Shown: positions 8,072 to 13,061 of the stretch, piece by piece | Layout: each line of letters begins with the position of its first letter | How positions within the stretch are numbered: the stretch's first letter is position 1 | NCBI GenBank assembly: GCA_046485285.1 | Contig: JAWOHE010000023.1 | Span: 1 to 13,061, forward strand | From: a bacterium | GTDB lineage: Bacteria; Hydrothermota; Tepidihabitantia; Tepidihabitantales; Tepidihabitantaceae | Reading direction: 5' to 3' | DNA length: 13,061 nucleotides | Made by a program: the position numbers and the translations under genes | Notes under the pieces: model-generated | The model's input: the letters and a program-made list of their open reading frames with translations, nothing else | Databases searched by the model: none | What the model was told of the DNA's origin: nothing

Positions 8072-8589
8072 TGGCCGCAGCTACGCTGACCGGAAACGGG
8101 AGACGGACGACAGGAGACGGACACCCGGTTCCCGGTCCTGGGTCTCCGGTCCCCTGTCGGTCACTCCGGCTGCCGGGCCTTCGTGTCCTGGCGCTGTCAC
8201 TTCTGCTGGTCGCCGCCTGCCAGGACCCCTTCGACTACGAGTACCGCGATCCCAACCTCCCGCCTCCGCCCGCGCCGCCTGCGCTCATCGTCCCGGCCAA
8301 CGGCGAGAACACCCGCAACTACGCCTACCCGCAGAACGTCACGCTCGGCTGGACCTCAGTCCCGGGCGCGGACTTCTATCAGGTCGAGGTCTTCCGCGAC
8401 TCGGTGCTGGCCGAAGAGAATCTCGCGCTCCCCCGGCTCGAGCGCGTCCTCGGCACGGACGCCGATGTCAGGCTGAGCCGGTACGGTGTCTACTGGTGGC
8501 GGGTGCGCGCCGACAACGCCCGCCGCTGGAACGCGCCGACCGCCTGGTCGGCGGTGCGCTACTTCGTCCTGCCCAATCCGAGCGACTAG
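8071..8589 (+). CDS. Putative lipoprotein with fibronectin type III/Ig-like domain
   Basis: Lipobox LLLVAA-C, Pro-rich linker, then PALIVPANG...VTLGWTSVPGADFYQVEV...YWWRVRA...WS...F (FN3-like pattern). ATG overlaps the upstream TGA (TGATG). Confidence 0.75.
   Translation: MAAATLTGNGRRTTGDGHPVPGPGSPVPCRSLRLPGLRVLALSLLLVAACQDPFDYEYRDPNLPPPPAPPALIVPANGENTRNYAYPQNVTLGWTSVPGADFYQVEVFRDSVLAEENLALPRLERVLGTDADVRLSRYGVYWWRVRADNARRWNAPTAWSAVRYFVLPNPSD
8088..8158. repeat. Symmetric heptamer-array palindrome, copy 2 (5 units + A + 5 inverted units)
   Basis: GACCGGA AACGGGA GACGGAC GACAGGA GACGGAC, then A (8123), then CCCGGTT CCCGGTC CTGGGTC TCCGGTC CCCTGTC. Positions 8102-8151 match 7264-7313 at 43/50 without gaps. 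Confidence 0.9.
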
Positions 8590-9541
8590 CCGGTTCCTGG
8601 TCGCCGGCAACCGGGTACTCAAGCACGTAGACCCGCCTGAGCCCCCGGTGGGGCTTCAGGCCCAGCCGGCGCACCACCGTCCGCATCACCGGACTCGCCG
8701 CCATCGTCGAGACCGTCTCGGTGCCGCAGCGCCGGGCCCGCCGGCCCAGGTACGCCCTGAACCCGGCGACCGCAGCGTCTTCGCCTCCGGCGAAGGAAAT
8801 GTCGAGGTCCTTCGGCCGGTAGCGGTGCGGCCGGACGATGAGCAGGCCGCTCAGCCGTCCGCCCCGCCGGTAGCCAAGCAGCGCGCCCTGCCGTGCCAGC
8901 CGGGCGAGCAGCGTCCGGTCGCAGGGCGCGAAGTGCCAGGTGTGGGGCAGGAGGCCGCGGTTCGCCGCCAGCTCCCGACTTGCGGCGAGGAAGCGGCCGG
9001 CCTCCTCCGCGCCGACCCGCACCGGCGCCGGGCCGGGCGTGGCCGGCGGCGGCGCGGCGCGAAACATCCCGCTCCGGTAGAGCTCCCGGAAACCGGTCCG
9101 CCGGATGACCGCGAGCGAGTAGGCATTCTCGTCCGTCGTCGCGAGGCGGACGGACACGGGACTCCGCGCCAGCGTCCGCCGAAGCAACTCGGCCGACAGC
9201 GCGGTCGCAATGCCCTTGTGCCGCTCGGCCGGGTCCACCCGCAGGCCCTCCATCCACCAGTGGCCGGGCGCGAGCTCGGTCGCCTTGGCGAACCCGACGA
9301 GCCGTCCCGCGCGCGCGGCTCCGAGGAAGTCGGGCTCGCGCACCCAGCGATTGAAGAACAGCATCAGGTAGTCCCAGCCGTGCCAGGTCCGCCTGCAGAT
9401 GCGCGCGACCGTCGCGCGATCGTGCCGCTCCACCGGCCGGAACTCGAGCTTCGCGCGCCTCTTCGGACGCGGCGTCGTCCTGGCTCGCGCGCTCGCCGTC
9501 GTCGAGCTTGAGCTTGTCTTTACCCGCTTCCTCGCCTTCAT
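8468..9541 (-). CDS. GNAT family N-acetyltransferase (probable tandem GNAT fold)
   Basis: WMEGLRVDPAERHKGIATAL acetyl-CoA motif A, then LATTDENAYSLAV..RTGF. ATGA overlap with the MATE stop (alternative ATG 9547). The 3' end overlaps the convergent lipoprotein gene. Confidence 0.85.
   Translation of the reverse strand: MKARKRVKTSSSSTTASARARTTPRPKRRAKLEFRPVERHDRATVARICRRTWHGWDYLMLFFNRWVREPDFLGAARAGRLVGFAKATELAPGHWWMEGLRVDPAERHKGIATALSAELLRRTLARSPVSVRLATTDENAYSLAVIRRTGFRELYRSGMFRAAPPPATPGPAPVRVGAEEAGRFLAASRELAANRGLLPHTWHFAPCDRTLLARLARQGALLGYRRGGRLSGLLIVRPHRYRPKDLDISFAGGEDAAVAGFRAYLGRRARRCGTETVSTMAASPVMRTVVRRLGLKPHRGLRRVYVLEYPVAGDQEPASRSDWAGRSSAPPTRRSARSSGGRCRRAPATSRHRTGSA
8590..8614. repeat. 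Small hairpin with CCGGTxx periodicity at the convergence point (possible terminator or degraded element)
   Basis: CCGGTTCCTGG-TCG-CCGGCAACCGG immediately after the lipoprotein stop. No U-tract. Confidence 0.35.
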
Positions 9542-10884
9542 TGCCATTCAAGCTCCCTGACAAGCCACCGTCCACTGCGGTAGCTCGCGCCGAGCAGTGC
9601 TGACTCTGCCGCCACCGACACGCCGATCCCGAACCACACGCCGCTTACCCCGAGACCGGTCAAGTGCGCCAGCACCCAGGCGAGCGGCAGCTTCACCACC
9701 CAGTTCGCCGCGACCGCGGCGAGCATCGGCGGCCGGGTGTCGCCCGCGCCGCGCTGGGCGCTCGCCCAGCCGATGTTCAGCCCGGCCAGCACCAGGAACG
9801 GCGCGAGTACCCGCAGGTAACCGGTCCCGACCCGGATGACCTCCGGGTCGGCCGAGAATACCCGCACCACCAGCGGCGCAAACGCGAAGACCAGCGGCAT
9901 CACCGCGAGCTGAAGCAGCACGGCAACCAGCGCCACCCTGCGGCTCACCGCCCGGGCAAAGTCCGGGTCCTTCCGGCCCAGGCTCTGCCCGACCAGTGCC
10001 TCGCCCGCCGACTGCAGCGCCGCCAGGTAGATGAAGATCACCCCCAGCAGGCGCAGCCCGATGCCGAACGCCGCCGCCGCCGCAACGCCGAACCCGTTGA
10101 CGATCGAGAACAGGAGCATCCCGGTCACCGGTCGAGTAACCTCCGCGAGCCCGGCCGGAACGCCGACACGGAATACCGTCCGCACCCGCTGCCACTCGAA
10201 CCGCCCGCCGAGGACGAGCAGTCCGCGCCGGCGCAGAATAGCGCCAACGATGACGAGGTACAGGAGGTGGCTCGCAGCGGTCGCCAGCGCCGCGCCGAGC
10301 ACGCCCAACTGCGGCAGACCGAACCAGCCGAAGATCAGCACCGGGTCGAGCGCAGCATTGAACAGGTTCGTGGCGAGAATGACGAACATCGGCGTCCGGG
10401 TATCGCCAGTCGCCTGGAACAGCGAGTAGGCCGTCATCCCGGCGAAGAACGCCGGAAGGTAGGCGAACAGCACGACCAGGTAGCCCGCGCCCGCGGTCAC
10501 GACTTCGGGCGCGGCGCGCAGGAGCCGCAGGATTGTCCCGGCCAGCGGGATGCCCGCCGCGGCGATGACTGCCGCGACCGCTACCGCCGGCACGACCGCG
10601 TGCCGGAGCGCGGCGACCGCGCCCGCGCGGCTGCCCGCGCCGGACGCTCGCGCCGCCAGCGCCAGCGTCGCGACCCCGAACACCTGCCCGATCGAGAACA
10701 GCACCGCCATCACCGACCCGCCCAGCGCGACCGCCGCCACCGAAGCCGGGCCCAGCCGTCCGACCCAGAATAGGTCGGTGATCGAGAGCGCGGTGTAGAG
10801 CAGGTGCATCAGCATCACCGGCCAGGCGATGCGCCAGATCGAACGGCCGAGGCCGGGCCGCTCGAGCGGAGTCTGGGAAGTCAC
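9538..10884 (-). CDS. MATE family efflux transporter
   Basis: About 12 hydrophobic segments. DLFWVGRLG, GDTRTPM, LDPVLIFG, GVLGAALAT, GQSLG and a second GDTRPPM show the two-repeat MATE architecture. Confidence 0.93.
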   Translation of the reverse strand: MTSQTPLERPGLGRSIWRIAWPVMLMHLLYTALSITDLFWVGRLGPASVAAVALGGSVMAVLFSIGQVFGVATLALAARASGAGSRAGAVAALRHAVVPAVAVAAVIAAAGIPLAGTILRLLRAAPEVVTAGAGYLVVLFAYLPAFFAGMTAYSLFQATGDTRTPMFVILATNLFNAALDPVLIFGWFGLPQLGVLGAALATAASHLLYLVIVGAILRRRGLLVLGGRFEWQRVRTVFRVGVPAGLAEVTRPVTGMLLFSIVNGFGVAAAAAFGIGLRLLGVIFIYLAALQSAGEALVGQSLGRKDPDFARAVSRRVALVAVLLQLAVMPLVFAFAPLVVRVFSADPEVIRVGTGYLRVLAPFLVLAGLNIGWASAQRGAGDTRPPMLAAVAANWVVKLPLAWVLAHLTGLGVSGVWFGIGVSVAAESALLGASYRSGRWLVRELEWQ

Positions 10885-10890
10885 GGGGGA

Positions 10891-10918
10891 ACTATAGCCG
10901 GTCTGAGCGCCGGCTCAA
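10891..10918 (-). promoter_or_regulatory. Sigma70-type promoter of MATE-GNAT (leaderless-like)
   Basis: Minus strand TTGAGC (10918-10913), 16 bp, TATAGT (10896-10891), 6 nt, then GTG start at 10884. No Shine-Dalgarno. Confidence 0.6.
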
Positions 10919-10928
10919 CCGGCGGGAA

Positions 10929-11138
10929 TCACTGGCGCGATCCGACAAGCGGAATGAAGATGACCAGTGTCAGCCCGGCCAGCAGCAGCATCCCGGCCAG
11001 CACCATCGCGGCAATCAACCCGGCACGGACGAACCGGCGCCGGCCCGCGCCGTAGGCCTCCGGGAACGCCGCCACCAACGCCCAGGCACCGGCCGCAGCC
11101 GCAAGCAGCATCGCCCCGAGCCAGACAATGAGCAGCAT
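10929..11138 (-). CDS. Small two-TM membrane protein (69 aa), hypothetical
   Basis: MLLIVWLGAMLLAAAAGAWALVAAF..GRRRFVRAGLIAAMVLAGMLLLAGLTLVIFIPL: two hydrophobic helices around a basic loop. ATG 10 nt after the upstream stop, with a G-rich RBS. Confidence 0.6.
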   Translation of the reverse strand: MLLIVWLGAMLLAAAAGAWALVAAFPEAYGAGRRRFVRAGLIAAMVLAGMLLLAGLTLVIFIPLVGSRQ

Positions 11139-11148
11139 CCCGCCCCGC

Positions 11149-11739
11149 TCAGCGTCTCGTCCGAGCCTGCCCGAACTGGGCCAGCATCCCGACCAGGGCC
11201 AGCAGCAACCATGCACCGGCAATCACCGGCAGGCGGCCCGGGCCGACGTTGGCCGGCGCCAGCGCCGAAATCCCCCGGCTCATGTCCAGCCAGCGAGCCA
11301 GGTGGAACGCGCCCAGCGCAACGCCCCAGGCCCCGGCCAGCGCGGTCAGAACCGTGACCATCGCCCGTTCGAGGAAGACCGTCACGACGCCGAATACCAA
11401 CGCGACCGCGCCAACCGCGAGCGCCGAGCCGGTGCCGCCGCTCCCGGCGAACACGAACAACGCGAGCATAGCGCCGATGCCCGCCCCGAGCAGGAACACC
11501 CCGACCTTGAAGATGACCACAGCCAGCACCGCGCCCAGCGCGCCCCCGGCCAGGGCAATCAGCAGAGTCACCACTGGCGCGATGCCGGTAATGCCCGACC
11601 CCACGAACCAGCCCAGCCCGGCGCCGACTGTGAAACCGGCCACGCCAAGCGTCACCCGTAACAACCGGTAACCGAAGAAACAGACGAACGTTCCTAGCGC
11701 GATGGCCAGGATTGCGCCCGCCGTGCCGTGAATCATCAT
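11149..11739 (-). CDS. DUF4203 / TM7S3-TMEM198-like multi-pass membrane protein
   Basis: G..VCFFGYRLLRV.LG..GF..G N-terminus, Gly-rich TMs, TALAGAW, C-terminal LALVGMLAQF. GAGGGGAG RBS before ATG 11739. Confidence 0.8.
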   Translation of the reverse strand: MMIHGTAGAILAIALGTFVCFFGYRLLRVTLGVAGFTVGAGLGWFVGSGITGIAPVVTLLIALAGGALGAVLAVVIFKVGVFLLGAGIGAMLALFVFAGSGGTGSALAVGAVALVFGVVTVFLERAMVTVLTALAGAWGVALGAFHLARWLDMSRGISALAPANVGPGRLPVIAGAWLLLALVGMLAQFGQARTRR

Positions 11740-11795
11740 CGCACCGCTCCCCTCTTTGCCATGGTCTCGAACCAGCCGACTTCCACCATCATCTC

Positions 11796-12398
11796 TCACC
11801 CGCCCCGGTTTGACAATCCCTTGTCTCCCTGCACTTCGCGGTGTCGGAAGCATCTCACCAGGTGGTCGTTCACCATCCCGGCCGCCTGCATGTAGGCGTA
11901 GCAGATCGTCGAGCCGCAGAATGTGAACCCGCGCGAACGCAGACCCATCGACATCTCATCCGACTCGGTCGACGTCGTGGGTAGACTCCTGAGCGTCCGC
12001 CAGCGGTTCACCTTCGTCACTCCGCCGGTGAACTGCCAGATGTACTCGTCGAAGCTGCCATACTCCTCCCGCACCCGCAGGAAGGCTTGGGCGTTTCTCA
12101 CCGCCGCCTTGATCTTCTGCCGGTTGCGGACTATTCCCGGGTCACAGAGCAGCTCCCCGACGCGGGCCGTCGTGAATGCCGCCACGCGCTCCGGGTTGAA
12201 CCCGGCGAACGCCGCGCGGAACGCCTCCCGCTTGTGCAGGACGACTGCCCAGGAAAGCCCGGCCTGGAACCCGTCGAGCAGCAGGTACTCGAAGTGCTTC
12301 CGGTCATCGTGCACCGGCACGCCCCACTCGGTATCGTGGTAGGCGATCATCACCAGGTCATCCAGCGGCCAGGGACAGCGCGCAACCATATCTACCAC
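11796..12398 (-). CDS. tag: DNA-3-methyladenine glycosylase I
   Basis: RCPW..YHDTEWGVP, QAGLSW, IVRNRQKI, GFTFCGSTICYAYMQAAGMVNDH...C with the Zn ligands C, H, H, C present. Start GTG 12398 or ATG 12389. Confidence 0.96.
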   Translation of the reverse strand: MVDMVARCPWPLDDLVMIAYHDTEWGVPVHDDRKHFEYLLLDGFQAGLSWAVVLHKREAFRAAFAGFNPERVAAFTTARVGELLCDPGIVRNRQKIKAAVRNAQAFLRVREEYGSFDEYIWQFTGGVTKVNRWRTLRSLPTTSTESDEMSMGLRSRGFTFCGSTICYAYMQAAGMVNDHLVRCFRHREVQGDKGLSNRGG

Positions 12399-12403
12399 TG
12401 CCT

Positions 12404-12431
12404 AAGTTAGCCGAAACCCCGCCCCAATCAA
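12404..12431 (-). promoter_or_regulatory. Sigma70-type promoter of tag
   Basis: Minus strand TTGATT (12431-12426), 16 bp, TAACTT (12409-12404), 5 nt, then GTG 12398. Confidence 0.5.
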
Positions 12432-12456
12432 CCCCGGCCCTGCCCCGACGACGCCC

Positions 12457-12484
12457 TTGACTGCCGGGCGGCGGTCGCTAACCT
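12457..12484 (+). promoter_or_regulatory. Sigma70-type promoter, divergent from tag
   Basis: TTGACT (12457-12462), 16 bp, TAACCT (12479-12484). GAGG at 12504-12507 and GTG at 12516 follow. Confidence 0.55.
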
Positions 12485-12515
12485 GAGTCGGGACAATCCG
12501 GACGAGGCAGGCACC

Positions 12516-13061
12516 GTGAGCGAAGAAATCAGCCCAGAGCAAGGCCGGCAGGCGGCCCGGGCCGCGAACGGCAGCCGCGCCGGCGCGCCTGCGTGCGCGG
12601 CATTGTCTCTGCTCGTCGGCCTCGCGTTGCTCGCATCCTGCACCCGACTGGTGGTCACTGACCGCGTGCTCGGCGCGGAGACCGCGGCCGAAGTCGTTCC
12701 GGCCGGATGGCGCTTCCCACCTACCTGCACCCATTTCGCCGACCTGCTGGATTGCGAACTCGATTGCGACGTCCTCGTGCTGTCGGTCCGGGGCGGCTGG
12801 GGCGACTCGCCGCTCGAGTACTCGAGCGACCTCGTCCCGATCCTCGAGGGAATCCGGGCCCGCGTTGAGTCGGAGGATGTCCCGATCTTAGTTGAAATTA
12901 GGGAGAGCGGTTCCCCTGCCCGGATGGTATCATCTGGGTTAACAACGAAAGGAGAACCGCGTGAGAAGGTACAGCAGATGGTCGTCGGCCGCAAGTCGAA
13001 GGGTCCGGTCGGCGGGTGCGCAGGTGCTGGCTGCGCTGGACCGGGACGAGATGCTCGAGCT
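12516..13061 (+). CDS. Putative lipoprotein (open to window edge, absent from ORF track; may be 3'-truncated near 12885)
   Basis: My translation: MSEEISPEQGRQAARAANGSRAGAPACAALSLLVGLALLAS-C42-TRLVVTDRVLG... with lipobox LLASC. No stop before 13061. Confidence 0.55.
   Translation, partial: MSEEISPEQGRQAARAANGSRAGAPACAALSLLVGLALLASCTRLVVTDRVLGAETAAEVVPAGWRFPPTCTHFADLLDCELDCDVLVLSVRGGWGDSPLEYSSDLVPILEGIRARVESEDVPILVEIRESGSPARMVSSGLTTKGEPREKVQQMVVGRKSKGPVGGCAGAGCAGPGRDARA
12961..13061 (+). CDS. 5' end of a hypothetical gene (partial)
   Basis: Strong RBS AAAGGAG (12948-12954) 6 nt before GTG 12961. Reads MRRYSRWSSAASRRVRSAGAQVLAALDRDEMLE... Extended -10 TGGTATCAT at 12925-12933. Confidence 0.45.
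   Translation, partial: MRRYSRWSSAASRRVRSAGAQVLAALDRDEMLE

Noticed and set aside
11740-11853. Longer N-terminus of the DUF4203 ORF given in the ORF track
   Set aside because: It overlaps tag and is hydrophilic. ATG 11739 has a strong RBS.
12250-12300. Tag active-site Glu (E. coli E38) reads Asp (LLDGFQAGLSW)
   Set aside because: This is a conservative change that I believe occurs in other Tag homologues. The zinc ligands and aromatic pocket residues are intact.
9538-12398. Genomic island or defence system in the minus-strand block
   Set aside because: There is no integrase, att site or defence-type domain. The genes are ordinary accessory functions with only slightly more relaxed codon usage, judged by eye.
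12402-12994. Minus-strand ORFs 12402-12734 and 12428-12994
   Set aside because: The + strand frame from 12516 has a promoter, RBS and lipobox, so these are more likely its shadows.

Overview
GC-rich bacterial chromosomal window, mostly housekeeping. A C-terminal 'VRHLxPGVYFV' remnant resembles secreted proteins I associate with candidate phylum WOR-3, but that taxonomy is a tentative inference. The + strand carries a tightly coupled run: exported Cys-less DJ-1/PfpI-like protein, dtd, yicC/yloC, gmk, divergent rpoZ, coaBC, dnaB and radA, then a repeat-filled spacer, a soluble degenerate PIN-TRAM (YacL-like) gene and an FN3-like lipoprotein. Converging from the - strand are tag, a DUF4203/TMEM198-like membrane protein, a small 2-TM protein, a MATE transporter and a GNAT. 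A divergent lipoprotein ORF and a further ORF run off the right edge. The most unusual features are: (i) two related symmetric heptamer-array palindromes (8+1+8 and 5+1+5 units) flanking the PIN-TRAM gene, one apparently read in-frame into a lipoprotein signal peptide; (ii) a separate octamer-type palindrome; (iii) four sigma70-like promoters that all have a 16-bp spacer, three with a GTG just downstream (leaderless-like); (iv) apparent pseudoenzymes. I saw no transposase, CRISPR array, tRNA or rRNA.
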